The notes under the pieces are model-generated. The model worked only from the letters and a program-made list of their open reading frames with translations, was not told the origin of the DNA and did no database searches. From Eledone cirrhosa (taxonomy: Eukaryota): a stretch of DNA of 64,000 nt. The translations under genes and the position numbers were made by a program. The stretch lies in the NCBI GenBank assembly GCA_964016885.1, contig OZ024746.1:100130001-100194000 (forward strand), given 5' to 3'. Shown one piece after another: positions 41,221-55,043 of this stretch; position 1 is the first letter of the stretch, and each line of letters begins with the position of its first letter.

Positions 41221-42927
41221 CATGGAAAGATAGAAGCCATGTTGATAGGTATGCAAAAGAAAAAGACTATGTTAGTGGTAAACAAGAGTTACCTACCGTG
41301 ATTTGGGCAGACATCCGTCTTTGTACTAATCGATTCATACACATACTTTCATCACAAATTTCGTTTTCGGTCTCAGTGTTCTAATATTTAAAAAAAAAAT
41401 GATTATTTTTAACATCAATTCTACAAACATACACGGGAAACTTACAACATACTATAAATTTAATCTTATAGTCCCAAACTTCAAAAGGAATTTAAAAGCC
41501 TTTCTCTGTTTCAAATGACAAAATCGTGTGCACCAACACACAAATCTACAGTTATTCTTAGACAAACAAAGTAATAACTGTCCAATGTATACCTCCATCA
41601 TCATCACCAATATATATTCATATTCCCTCACCCTTGGTCACAAATGACCATGGGTTTGTACCTAGAAAATTCCCCTCTGTGGCTCAAGCTCAGTCAAAGT
41701 GTTTTGTGGGAGACCAGCAGTCGCCCATGAATACCAGTCTCTCCGCTCTTCATGCCACGAATGTTTTCCAATGCAAATACAAGACAAAGGTCAATACAGC
41801 TTGGCACCAGTGATGTCTCAACTCAATTTTTTCTGACAGTAAACTGGAGCAATGCGAATGAAAGTGTTTTGCTCAAGGAAACAATGCATCACCTGGTCTG
41901 GGAAATGAACACACACACAAACGGAGTAGGTATGAATTCCATGCAGTATACTCTTGTGTTAATTATGAACACACGGAGATATAGTGGGATTACAGGTAAG
42001 CAAAGATAAAAAGAGTACTTCGTATGCATCAGAGCAGTAAGAGGACAAATGAAACAAGCTCTCTCAAATGTTCAGATGGTTTCAAGTATGGAAAAGTGAA
42101 TATAAAAACAATGACGGCGATGATAATGATGTTCCCTCTTTGACAGCTTCTGGTACCCAGGTGAATAATTAATAGTGGAAGTGAGTGTTCTGAAAACATA
42201 ATAGCTAAAGTAAGAAAAGTTTGAAAATGTTCAGAAATATATTACTTCTGTTAATAATGAAGTGAAGGGCTTCTGTGTGAAGTGCAACACTGCATGATAG
42301 CCCCATGTGAACCTTGAATACAGAGGATTTGTGAAGTCCCATGTGAACCTTGAATACAGAGGATTTGTGAAGATTAGAAGGAAATGAAACAAGCACACTT
42401 TAGTAGGATGTGTAATGTTAGTGCACATGAATGACAAAAATGAACTAAATATAATGTGCAAGATAGAAAACTGCACTGGTGTATGCAGTTAATGCATATG
42501 GAGGATGACAGTTGTATAAAGAAGTGGAAGGGCTTCAAAGTGGATAAAACCTTACAAAGAGGTAGACCCATAAGGACATGTGATGAAGTGGTGAAAACTG
42601 ATCTCAGAATGCTGCCCCATCGTGAAAGTGTTGACAAAGATTTGTGATGTTAAGACATTATGAATTCTTATACACACAGACACAAATAACACCAGAAACA
42701 AAATAAAACTTAGCACACCAATATAAAGCATTGCTGTAAGCTCATAAAGACAAACAGTTGATGGAAAGGACTTTACTGCAGACTCGTTATTGAACTGGTC
42801 AGAAGCAAAGGAACTTCAACTGAGGCAAGTCACAAGACCTGGGTGTTAGGGATAGATCACTCCCTTTGATATTTTGTAAATGTTATTCATGCAATAAACA
42901 ACAGCTCAACAAATCACTATTTGCTGT

Positions 42928-43642
42928 TATTTTACATATAGTTCAACTAAAGCTATAGCAGTATCTCACCTCTCAGAACCAACATACAATATTTTACATA
43001 TAGTTCAACTAAAGCTATAGCAGTATCTCACCTCTCAGAACCAACATACAATATTTTACATATAGTTCAACTAAAGCTATAGCAGTATCTCACCTCTCAG
43101 AACCAACATACAATATTTTACATATAGTTCAACTAAAGCTATAGCAGTATCTCACCTCTCAGAACCAACATACAATATTTTACATATAGTTCAACTAAAG
43201 CTATAGCAGTATCTCACCTCTCAGAACCAACATACAATATTTTACATATAGTTCAACTAAAGCTATAGCAGTATCTCACCTCTCAGAACCAACATACAAT
43301 ATTTTGTATATAGCTTAACTAAGAGATCACAGCTCCGATCCTATGGTCATGTGGTTAGAATGCCTCAGGAAAGAATCACGGGACAGATTTTACAGGTGAA
43401 ACCAACAGGCAGGAGACCTAGGGGTAGACCCTGAACAAGATGGTTGGATAACATCCATTAACTTGGCTGGTCATGGTTGAGGATCCAGCCGGATCAGTTG
43501 GAGATGATTGCTTCTGACAGGACCCACTGGAGGGAGTGTTTGAAGACTGTCTCTACAACCTTCTCAGGAATTAGTGGGTGACGAAAAGAAGAAGCTTAAC
43601 TAAAGCTGTAGCAGTGTCTCAACTCTCAGAACCAATATACAA
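42928..43642. repeat. 62-bp tandem repeat x~7, last unit split by an RTE 3' fragment with TSD
   Basis: Unit tattttacatatagttcaactaaagctatagcagtatctcacctctcagaaccaacatacaa; TSD agcttaactaa at 43312-43322 and 43593-43603. Confidence 0.9.
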
Positions 43643-43695
43643 CATCACCAAAAATATTGAAAACAGAAAAAATGTTATATAAATGTCATAATTAC

Positions 43696-43811
43696 TTGTC
43701 TTAATTCTTGTCTTTGTTTGATGTCTTTTATTTGGTGAAACATATCTGACAGAAGCTGCTGTTTTAAACATTTCCTTTTGTCTTTAAATTCTTCACATGA
43801 CTGAGATGGAT
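43696..43811 (-). CDS. PH-domain protein, internal exon (DPSQSCEEFKDKRKCLKQQLLSDMFHQIKDIKQRQELRQ)
   Basis: Acceptor attttag|AT, donor CAA|gtaat; 116 nt, phase 1-0, matching both neighbouring exons. Confidence 0.85.
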
Positions 43812-43975
43812 CTAAAATATAGCAAACAACAAACTAAAAAAAACTGCAACCAATAATGATTTTTTTCATTTTGGTATAAGGTGATTTTGATTATTTTCTT
43901 AGGTTATATGTGTAGCTAATTGAACAAGGAAGAGTAAATTACAAATTTCTATTTGGACACAATGAAGCACAATAA

Positions 43976-44800
43976 ACTATAGAACTGTTGAACTGTTGAA
44001 CTGTTGAACTATAGAACTGTTGAACTATAGAACTGTTGAACTATAGAACTGTTGAACTATAGAACTGTTGATCTATAGAACTGTTGATCTATAGAACTGT
44101 TGATCTATAGAACTGTTGATCTATAGAACTGTTGATCTATAGAACTGTTGAACTATAGAACTGTTGAACTATAGAACTGTTGAACTATAGTACTGTTGAA
44201 CTATAGTACTGTTGAACTATAGAACTGTTGAACTATAGAACTGTTGAACTATAGAACTGTTGAACTATAGAACTGTTGAACTATAGAACTATAGAACTGT
44301 TGAACTATAGAACTGTTGAACTATAGAACTGTTGAACAATAGAACTGTTGAACTATAGAACTGTTGAACTATAGAACTGTTGAACTACAGAACTGTTGAA
44401 CTATAGAACTGTTGAACTACAGAACTGTTGAACTACAGAACTGTTGAACTGTGGAACTGTTGAACTGTAGAACTGTTGAACTATAGAACTGTTGATCTAT
44501 AGAACTGTTGATCTATAGAACTGTTGATCTATAGAACTGTTGATCTATAGAACTGTTGATCTATAGAACTGTTGATCTATAGAACTGTTGATCTATAGAA
44601 CTGTTGATCTATAGAACTGTTGATCTATAGAACTGTTGATCTATAGAACTGTTGATCTATAGAACTGTTGATCTATAGAACTGTTGATCTATAGAACTGT
44701 TGATCTATAGAACTGTTGAACTATAGATCTGTTGAACTACATAACTGTTGAACTATAGAACTGTTGAACCACAGGACTGTTGAACTGTGGAACTGTTGAA
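43976..44800. repeat. 16-bp minisatellite (ctatagaactgttga[a/t])n
   Basis: About 50 copies in blocks of A and T variants. Confidence 0.95.
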
Positions 44801-45888
44801 TTTGTGAATTGAAGCAAGGATGTAACAATGATAACACTGGATGTAATTCTGTGGCACAGAAATAATTGTGTACTCCTTAAACCATCAGACTATACTTCGA
44901 ACCTGTTGCTTAAAATTGTGTAAACCTGTTTATCTGAAGCATAATATATCGGCAAAAACCACAAGCACACTTAAAACATGTGATTGTGATATGATTGGCT
45001 GTCAATAATTACTCAGCACTTGTTAGATAACACTCAATATGAGTTCAATACATGACATAAGGTCAACTTTACCTTTCACCTTTCTGGAGGTCAATTAGTT
45101 GGGAACCAATCAAGTACTGGCAGGGTTAATATGATGGAAGTACCAGTCATGCACTGGGGGTTAATAAGATGGAAGCACCAGTGAAGTACTAAGACTGATT
45201 TTATAGACTATTTCCCCCCCTAAAGTTACTAGATAAACTACAAAACAAGAAAGGTAACCACTGACAACCAAGACACCAGAAGTTTAAATATCAATGTCTT
45301 GCTTAGAAAAAAGTTTAATCGTTTAGCATTTAAACTAGCCATATCCAGCCAGAATTCTTTCACCATAACCGGTCACTCATACTGTTGTTAAGGTATTGTT
45401 CTCAAAATAAATAATATCAAAATCTTGTAGATTCGATATTACGCGAGATAATTATGAGAGGTAAAGCCTTTACTATGAAAATATAATAGTAAATATAGAG
45501 TAATGTAGATGTTATGTGAGGTAATTATGTGAGGTAATTATGTGAGGTAATTATGTGAGATAATTATGTGAGGTAATTATGTGAGGTAATTATGTGAGGT
45601 AATTATGTGAGGTAAAGCCTTTACCATGAAAATATAATAGTAAATATAGTGCAGTTCCGTTATAACAAAATTCATGGGGTAAAAAAAAAAAATTGTAACG
45701 AAAAATTCTCTATAATGAGATCGACCAAAACAAATCAAGCATTTGTTTGTTACTACCTTGGAGATTGAAAAAAATTTCGTTATACTGAAAAATTCGTTAT
45801 AATGTAATTTTACCTTATAGAATAATGTAAATGCTAAAGGGTTAAGTCAAAAAGAATGTAGGTTGAAACAATTGCAAAATAAACTTAC

Positions 45889-46042
45889 CATAAGCAGTTA
45901 AATCTTCCCTAGAACTGAAGAAACCTTCTGAACCTATAGATGGACTAGAAGTGCTACAACTTTCAGTTGCAGTCAGTAAATGGTTCAACCAACTGGTTTG
46001 AGATTCTTCATTATTCGTACAATATTCAGAACAACTACCATC
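45889..46042 (-). CDS. PH-domain protein exon: PH beta7 and C-terminal helix (EYCTNNEESQTSWLNHL)
   Basis: Acceptor ttttgcag|GAT, donor G|gtaag; 154 nt, phase 0-1; carries the invariant PH helix Trp. Confidence 0.9.
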
Positions 46043-46219
46043 CTGCAAAATTAAAATATTTATACATTTATTTCAGAATATAAATCTGTTATCATCATCA
46101 ATGTGACCACATAAAACAGGGGTTCTCAAACGTTTTGGGCCACCACTCACCTCACTGCCACGTAATACCCTCAACACCTCCCTATTCCCAGAGAGACCTG
46201 CCTACTTGCAAATAATACA

Positions 46220-47024
46220 TCTATATATATAATACTAAAACTCTGTGATTGGTTGCTTGTCTGTAATGTAATACAGCAAAAAAGGCGCATAATGGGAAAA
46301 TACTTTGAAAGGAAGTTGACCCGAAAATGGGGATACAAAGGGAATAAAACAAGTTTCGCGTAAATCGAAGCATGGGTTCGCGAGATACGGGGTTTTCTGG
46401 GTACCTTCATAAACAGAGAGAGAGTGGTTGTGAGAATAGATTGAAAGAGACATAGAGAGAGGGGGGGAGAGCGAGAGAGAGAAAGAGAGAGAGAGGAGAG
46501 TGGTTGTGAGAGAATAGATTGAAAGAGAGAGGGAGGGAGGGAGAGGGAGGGAGAGGGAGGGAGAGGGAGGGAGAGGGAGGGAGAGGGAGGGAGAGGGAGG
46601 GAGAGGGAGGGAGAGGGAGGGAGAGGGAGGGAGAAAGGAGAGTGGAAGAAAGAGAAAGAGGAGAATGGAAGAGAAAGAAAGAGCCGGTGGAGTTGTGTAT
46701 ATATATATGAGTGTGTGTGTGTATGTGAGTGTGTGTGTGTGTATGTGAGTGTGTGTATATATGTGCGTCTGTGTCTATGACCAGTGTATATAGATCACAG
46801 ACACCCACATATATACATACACATATATACATACATATATATCAGTATACACACACATTCATATATACATACACACATGTATATATATATGGGCCTTCCA
46901 GTTTCATTTCACATTATATACATCTGTGTATATATTTTAATTATTTAAAATTTATTTTTAAGTGAACATGATTTTTAAAAATATTTTGAAGTGGACATGA
47001 CCCAACGGGTCACGGGTAGTCTAG
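46220..47024 (+). mobile_element. Non-autonomous Helitron carrying microsatellites
   Basis: A|TCTATATATA 5' end; tgaccc-aac-gggtca hairpin then CTAG|T; inserted in a hAT-like MITE. Confidence 0.8.
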
Positions 47025-47394
47025 TAATAAATAAAATCGTTAATTTATATATAATAAATAATATAATATATACTATGTATAAATAACTATATATATTTTT
47101 TTATTTTACTATATTTCATCATCATCATTTAACATCTATCTTCCACGCTAGCATCATTTGATATTTAATATACTATTATATCATCTCTACTGCCCCTTTA
47201 GGCTCCAGTACCCACTGGACCTTCTCAGAATTAGTCAGTTTACATATTGATATCCCAACCCATCCTATTTATTTTATAACGTATGGGATCTCTAGTAATG
47301 TACTTTCTTGTCATGTATAATGTTTTTAATGTATAAAGAAAATTAATTGTCAGAGGGACGCTACCACTATCTGAAGATAGATTCTTTCTTTCTT

Positions 47395-47720
47395 GTGACG
47401 CTAAGCTCCGCCAGTTGCAGACTCCGCATCAACATGTGATATCTCTCTCCACAAAGTTCGATCACCAGCAACAGAGTTCAAAGAGCAAAGATCAAGACCA
47501 GTCCATAAGTTGACATTATCAAGCCATCGTTTGGGCTGCCGACCTCTGCTTCTCATACCAGCCAACCTTCCTTCCAGACATAACCTACTCACACCATGAG
47601 TTGATCTTTTTATATGGCCGTATAGTTTAAGTACTCTTGACTTGACAATTGATGTAATTGGTCTAAGTTTGGTAATGTTGAGCAGCTCACTGATACAGAT
47701 ACGGTCGCTGAGCCGTAGAT
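47395..47720 (-). mobile_element. RTE-type LINE C-terminal fragment
   Basis: LKLYGHIKR...LEGRLAGMRSRGRQPKRWLDNV; similar fragment at 55110-55495(-). Confidence 0.75.
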
Positions 47721-50296
47721 AGATTAGCAAAATTTAATAAGGGCAGGTGATAAGAGGGGGGGGGTCTGAAAATTATTAAGCGGGGGGGGGGGGGGGGGGC
47801 GATTATTTGAGACCCGAGTAGATATAATTGGGCAAAAATTGATGTGATATTTAGAAATTATTATCCATGAATATCACAATTGTACAAGTTTCCATACATT
47901 TTATCTATAGCTTAATTTAAATACATCTTTTATATTATTTATATTACTGGTTTAAAATCCATCCCTCTTAATTATATATATTTATATACTCTATAAAGAA
48001 ACCATTATTCTCCTCCTTTCATAAAGATCTCAATTCCAAGTTGTAGGTGACTCATTCCATAATCTTTCATTATCCTATTATCTTTAAATTTCTCTTTAAA
48101 TTTAATTGTTTCTATTTTAGGATGAAAGGCAAAGTTAACCTCGGCGGGATTTGAATTCAGATCATAAAGGGACGTAACTCTTTGCTGCAAAGCATGGCGT
48201 CCTCTACCGATATTGCCAATCCACCACCCTATTTCTCTTTAAATTTAATGACACGTGTCTAATCAAAAGAAATTTTTATTGTTTTCAGTTTGGCGAGTTC
48301 TCAAGTAAAGTACAAGATTAGAGCTTCATCGTCATCATTTAACATCTGCTTTCCCTGCAAGGGTTGGACAGGTCTATATAGTACTGAAGCAGGACTACTG
48401 ACCTCTGCTTTCACTGCAAGGGTTGGACAGGTCTATATAGTACTGAAGCAGGACTACTGACCTCCCAGACAGGCCAAGGAGGTCATATCTTGTTTATGTT
48501 TAGTCTCATGTTCTACTGAGTGCACAAAAAAGGTTCACATGTCTTTAACACAACTGAAGGGCCCACGCAACCCTGTTTGTCAAGCTTTCTATAGCTGGAT
48601 GCCTTTCCTATCATCAACCACATTACAGTGTGTACGGGGTGCATTTATGTAGACCACCAACACTAGTGAGGCTGTCATGTCCTTGATATAACTAATGAGT
48701 CCCTTCAACTCTTTTAGGCATGGTTTCTACATGGGTTGCCCTTCCTGTTGCCAACCACATTACAGTGTGTCCCGGGTGCATTGTCATGGCACAATGCTAA
48801 AGAGATTGTTAGTTCTTGTCTTAACAGAAGATATCTCTCTGCTGTGGTTAGGAGGGGGGGGGGCTGATAGAAGGGAGATAAGTATGCCGTTATGACAAGT
48901 GCAGTGTTTAACAGAGGGGTGACTTTTGATAGCATAGTGAGGGAGGGGATCATGGTGAGAACATGGTAGCAGAGATAGTGGGGGGGTATGGTTTGGTCAA
49001 TAGCATGGGGTGGGAATTGCACTCACCAGTGCCAGGAAGGGGGAGGTTAGTGATGGAGAACAGCTAAGGTGTGACAGTGGAGGGGGCAGGGATAGGGTCC
49101 ATAGGGTGAAGAGAGTAGCTATTAGGGTATGATAGTGAGGATATCTGGGGGCTTTAGAGGTGTGAAGAAGCTAAGAAGTGAATACTGGAGCAGGCATGGA
49201 AGAGGTGGAGGTGTATAATGGTGGTGAGGATAGCTGCTAGGGAGTGAGAGTCAGGTCACAGTATAACACCAGCACTTGTGCTCCTTCTTCTGTTGTGGGC
49301 AGTAGTTTTTTTAAGGTTGACCTTCACAACCTTTCCCATGTCTTTCTGGGTCTGCCCCTTCCACTGGTCCCAGCCACTGGGGTTTCTCTACATGTTTTTA
49401 TATAGCTATCATCTTACATCAGCACCACATGTCCACCCAGTGTAGTATTTTACATCTAATTCCTCTTATGTTGAGTTTTTCCTTTAGTTTGCTTATGCTA
49501 TGTCACTCATGCACACAAATATTACACACGTATCATTTCTTTCTAGCCACCACAGATCTTTTGCTTTCAAGGCCCATGTTTCACTGCTATGTAACATCAT
49601 ACAATCTACCAGTAATTCTGGGAGAAAAGCCCTTTGTTATCAAAATTGTTTGATGTCAAAGAAATAAATGCCACCAATTTAAATATATTTGAAGCAAGAC
49701 AACCATACAGCCCTGTGCCTTATCAAAAATGGTCTTTATGCCTATTTAAGATATGTTGTTGATGGTGATATCTATGACCCACTTAACTATATGCTCTTTA
49801 TGCAGAAGGCATATTGGGAAAATTTCCAATGCTTAAAATAAAGCCTGGATGGTCATGGTTAACAGGCATTGGAGTATCGATAATGGAATTAGAAGATGAA
49901 TCTAAGAGTAATTGATACTGAAAGTAGTAAAATGACAATCGTGATAAGTATATCTATGCGTTGCCTCCTTGAGCAAGACACTTTATTTTTTCATGTTGCT
50001 CCAGTTTACTCAGCTGTAGAAATGAGTTGTGACGTCACAGGTGTCAAGCTGTATCGGCCATTGCCTTTCCCTTGGACAACATTGGTGGCATGGAAAGGGG
50101 AGACTGGTATGCATGGGTGACTGTTGGTCTTCGACAAACAACCTTGCCCGGACTTGTGCCTTGGAGGAGAGTTTTATAGGTAGTACAAATCCCATGGTCA
50201 TTTGTGACCACACTAGTGACTGAAGGGGGTCAAATCCCATGGTCACTAGTGACCAAAGGGGGACTTTACCCCTTACCCTATATATATATATATATA

Positions 50297-50387
50297 TAAA
50301 TGTAAAGTATAGAAATTATTGTAACAAGAAGCCAACAGTATTCCATAATATATAAGTGACTATAACGTCAAAAGGGAAAAATAGTTA

Positions 50388-50389
<2 letters not shown>
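50297..50389 (-). mobile_element. Short 3'-terminal fragment of the hammerhead-bearing element at 60348-60748
   Basis: Reverse complement aligns with 60650-60748 (ttgacgttatagtc...gcttcttg...ctatac..catttata); both end in (TA)n. Confidence 0.75.
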
Positions 50390-50429
<40 letters not shown>

Positions 50430-51854
50430 TATTCTAAAAAAACCTATTGATAAAAGAAAAATTTTAGAATAATATAATAAACAAAGGCTTATATAAAAAT
50501 GTATTGCGCTTCACTTGAGGCCAGTCACAAAATTATATAAAAATATATTTTTCATTTCTTTTCTTTTGAAAAATGAAACTACATTCCAACTAATTAAGTG
50601 ACATAACTTGCCAATGAGACAACCTAAATTACATGTATACACATTTGAAAGAGATGGAGAAAGAATGAGCAGTCATTTCAATATCAAAAAAGCTCATTAA
50701 TAAACTAAAACTTTCTAATAATAATGATTTCTACTTTAGGCACAAGGCTAGCAATTGGGGAAAGGGGAAAGTCGATTAAATCGACCTCAGTGCATTACTG
50801 GTACTTTATTTTATCGACCCTGTAAGGATGATAGAAAGTTAACCTCAGTGGGATTTGAACTCAAAATATAAAGGGACATAACTCTGATACGAAGCAGGGT
50901 ATCCAATGCTCTACTGATACTGCCAATCCACCGCTTTCTAATAATTGTTTCTACTTTTGGCACAAGGCCAGAAATTACCCCAGTGCATTACTGGTACTTT
51001 ATTTTAACAACCCCGTAAGGATGAAAGGCAAGTTAACCTCGGCAGGATTTGAACTTAGAACGTAAAGGGCCGTAACTATGCTGCAAAAGATGGCATCCGA
51101 CCCTCTACCGATACTGCCAACCCACTGCCCTTTCTAATAACAATATATACAAAGAGCACACACCTGGCTACTGTAACATTATACTGATGCTACAAAGCAG
51201 CAAATAACTTACAAAGTGACGCAGCACATTGAGTCAAGACATAAAGGTATCTGCTCCTGCCACACCTGTCTAACTTTGGTCTCACAGGTTACATACATGT
51301 CCACTCACAGTAACACACACCATCTTCCTCTCACTATCAGCACAATTCCTTCAAATGTATGTATAGATACATGTATACATACATGTATGTATGTATACAT
51401 GTATGTATGTATACATACATGTCTGTATGTATACATGTATGTATGTATACATGTATGTATGTATGTATAGATGTATGTATGTATGTATGTATGTATGTAT
51501 GTATACATGTATGTATGTATGTATGTATGTATGTATAGGCAACTCAGGAAACTGGGATAACTCCAATATAAAACCTGCGGCTCAGTAGTTACTGATGATG
51601 TTGATCTTTTCTTCTTTTCGGGTTATAGCTACTGTCGCTCAGAGAGTGGGATTGGCTCAGTGCACAGTCTTTACTCACTTTAAAAAATATCTTTACGCAC
51701 AGGCATTGCATGATAGAATTAATTAATAATGTTATATCGTGCAATGGCCATACTCGATAACGAGGGGGCAGCCATCATCATGTATACATGTATGTATGTA
51801 TGCATGTATGTATGTATGTATGAATGCATGTATGTATGCAAGTATGCATGCATG

Positions 51855-52322
51855 CAACTGTTTTACGGTGAGCTCCATCTTGGAAAAAGGCCCCAACACA
51901 AACCGAAAATGAGGTTCAGGGACAGCATCAAGAACAATCTCAAAGAGCTGGCATTTGATACAGACAACTGGGAGGAGATAGCTCTAAATAGGGCTGAGTG
52001 GAGAAAGTCCATAAAGGGCAGTTGCAAAACTTTTGAGGAATGTCATTTAGAACATAAACAACTAAAGTGTCAGCTCCGGAAGGGCTGTGCTCACAGTTTT
52101 GAAGAAGACATCAGTAGTTGGACATGCAATTGCTGTCAACGTGTACTCCTCTCAAAGACTGGTTATGTTAGTCACCTGAAGTCACATGAAAGGTTAACCA
52201 TCCGCAACACCCACTCAACTACTGGTCCTGTGGAAAGCATAACTCTCTTCTGTCACCTGTGTCGTAAACCATGCAGATCTACAGCTGGCCTAGAAAGTCA
52301 TCAACAAAGTCATGGACACTGA
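51855..52322 (+). mobile_element. RTE/BovB-like LINE C-terminal fragment with two C2H2 fingers
   Basis: QLFYGELHLGKRPQHKPKMRFRDSIK...WEEIALNRAEWR; CxxC-x12-H motifs. Confidence 0.8.
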
Positions 52323-53726
52323 TGGGATGACAATGAAGAATCAATAAGAGATGGTATCATCAATTGAGGGCTTTTTTGGTACAGATTATGGAAGGTTATG
52401 GAAGGAGGTAGTAAGACACGTAGGCTGGAATTGTTCTATTTTACCAATCAATTCCATGCAATTCATGAGTGTTATGAACAGAACGCTTTGGTTTATTAAT
52501 GAGAATTGTATTTTTAATTCTTGAATTTTCAATGTTTTGTTTGGTCGGTCGGTCGGTCACACCACACACACACACACCACACACCACACACACACACCAC
52601 ACACATCACACACCACACACACACATATTTAAATATTTGGGGTTGAGTCATCAGAAATTACATTTATATCATGTCGCTATTTGAGATGTGTCTTCAGTTT
52701 TTCAAAAGAAAAGAAATTAATAAATAAATATATATATATATAAAAAAAAGAAATATTTATACACACATACATACACACAAACATACATACATACATACAC
52801 ACACATACATACATATGCACAAACACACATTTTTATTTCATACTGGTTTCATGAAAATCACAAGTTAGATTTATGTCAAATATTTCTTTATGCCATTGTT
52901 GACAGTATAATTTTCCTGTGTGAATAGCTTGTTTTTTTTAGAGAGAGAGCTGTTATGTAGTCTCTTTCACTTGTAATTTTATGACTTTCAGTATAAATTA
53001 CTTGCATGTTGTCACCTAACTCAGTCATTAATACTTCAAAGCCTTTCATTAGTCAGTCTGCCATGACCATCCAAGTTTTATTTTAAGTAATGGAAAATTT
53101 TAGAGAGTCACTCCAGGTAAAGCAGCTACTTCTCCGAATTGAGAGATGACAGCTCCGATACTATGGACATGTGGTTATAATGTCTCAGGAGATCAGAGAG
53201 TCACTCCAGGTAGAGCCACTACTTCTCTGAATTGAGAGATGACAGCTACGATACTATGGACATGTAGTTAGAATGTCTCTAGAAGGACATATTTTACAGG
53301 TAAAACCAACTGGTAGGAGACCCAGGGGTAGACACCAAGGAAGATGGTTGGATAATATACACGAGCTTAGCTGGTCATGCTTGGGGATCCAGCCAGATCA
53401 ATTGGAGATAGTTGCTTCTGACTGGACCCAATGGAGGGAGTGTTTGAGGATTCTGCCCTGATGACCCTCTCAGGAATAAGTGAGTTAAGAAGAAGGAAAA
53501 TTTCTCAAGATGTCTGCATGAAAAACATATAGTTAAGTGTAGTGGGTTCCACAAACGAGTGTCTGGGGTTCCATCAAAAAAGGTAGAGGAGTATATTTAT
53601 ATTACATATAACAGTATTAGACTTTGGGGCTCCCTCCCTTCTGAACAAAGAAGGGGTTCCGCATTTGAAAAGGTTTGGGAAACTATGATGTAGAGAGTCA
53701 GAAATAATTTCTAATCAATTACAATT

Positions 53727-54718
53727 ACTCTCGGCCCCAAATAATAAGGGGGTGGAATAAGCGGGAAGGAGAGGCGGGGAGGGGTCAATAATTTTTCTAG
53801 GCTGTTTTTTTAATCATTTTAAAAACCAGAATTGATCATTTAGTTTACATACTATCCTATTTATTTTATAACGTATGGTATTTCTTGTAATGTTCTTTTT
53901 TTGTCATGAATAATGTTTTTGAATGTCTAAAGAAAATTAATTATCACAGGAATGCTACCAATTAAAATTAAATTTCGTTGGAGATAGTAAAGTTTAATAA
54001 GTGAGGATTGGTAAAAATCTGAAAAATTAATAAGGAGTTGGGGATTCATTATTGGAGACCAGGGAGTACAATCTACATCTGCAAAATTGGGGGTTCATTA
54101 TTGGAGACCAGGGAGTACAATCTACATCTGCAAAATTGGGGATTCATTATTGGAGACCAGGGAGTACAATCTACATCTGCAAAATTGGGGGTTCATTATT
54201 GGAGACCAGGGAGTACAATCTACATCTGCAAAATTGGGGATTCATTATTGGAGACCAGGGAGTACAATCTACATCTGCAAAATTGGGGGTTCATTATTGG
54301 AGACCAGGGAGTACAATCTACATCTGCAAAATTGGGGATTCATTATTGGAGACCAGGGAGTACAATCTACATCTGCAAAATTGGGGGTTCATTATTGGAG
54401 ACCAGGGAGTACAATCTACATCTGCAAAATTGGGGATTCATTATTGGAGACCAGGGAGTACAATCTACATCTGCAAAATTGGGGGTTCATTATTGGAGAC
54501 CAGGGAGTACAATCTACATCTGCAAAATTGGGGGTTCATTATTGGAGACCAGGGAGTACAATCTACATCTGCAAAATTGGGGATTCATTATTGGAGACCA
54601 GGGAGTACAATCTACATCTGCAAAATTGGGGGTTCATTATTGGAGACCAGGGAGTACAATCTACATCTGCAAAGTTGGGGGTTCATTATTGGAGACCAGG
54701 GAGTACAATCTACATCTG
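53727..54718. mobile_element. TA-flanked MITE whose right TIR is amplified as a 49-bp x14 array (54038-54718)
   Basis: Left TIR tactctcggccccaaataat; right attattggagaccagggagta lies inside every array unit; related ends at 5119, 38500-38528 and 47800-47820. Confidence 0.8.
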
Positions 54719-54886
54719 TAAAATTCCACAATGACGAAGAAGAAGGCAAAGAAGGAGAAGAGGGAGAAGAAGAAGAAGGCGAAGACGGCGAAGAAGGTGA
54801 AGAAGAAGGAGAAGGCAAAGAAGAAGACGAAAACGAAGAATGAGAACAAGTAGAAGGAAAAGAGGAAGAAGTAAAAGAAGGTTTAC

Positions 54887-55043
54887 CTTTGTAGTTATCT
54901 GGAATGTGAACTGTCTGTCAGGTAATGGTTCACTGTTAGCAACAATATGACATCCATTTAAGTCGATATAGTCTATCAGTGTAGAAGGGTTTTCACATTT
55001 CGGATAGCAACTCAAGATATTTCCTTTCAGAACAAACCAGAAT
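54887..55043 (-). CDS. PH-domain protein exon: PH core (FWFVLKGNILSCY...IDYIDLNGCHI...FTFQITTK)
   Basis: Acceptor ttaacag|A, donor AAG|gtaaac; 157 nt, phase 2-0; W-F-V-L beta2 and IDL beta4 PH signatures. Confidence 0.9.

Noticed and set aside
54038-54843. Three overlapping 215-263 aa repeat ORFs
   Set aside because: Artefact of a stop-free 49-bp unit cycling through frames plus a GAA-rich tract; intronic and antisense to the real gene.
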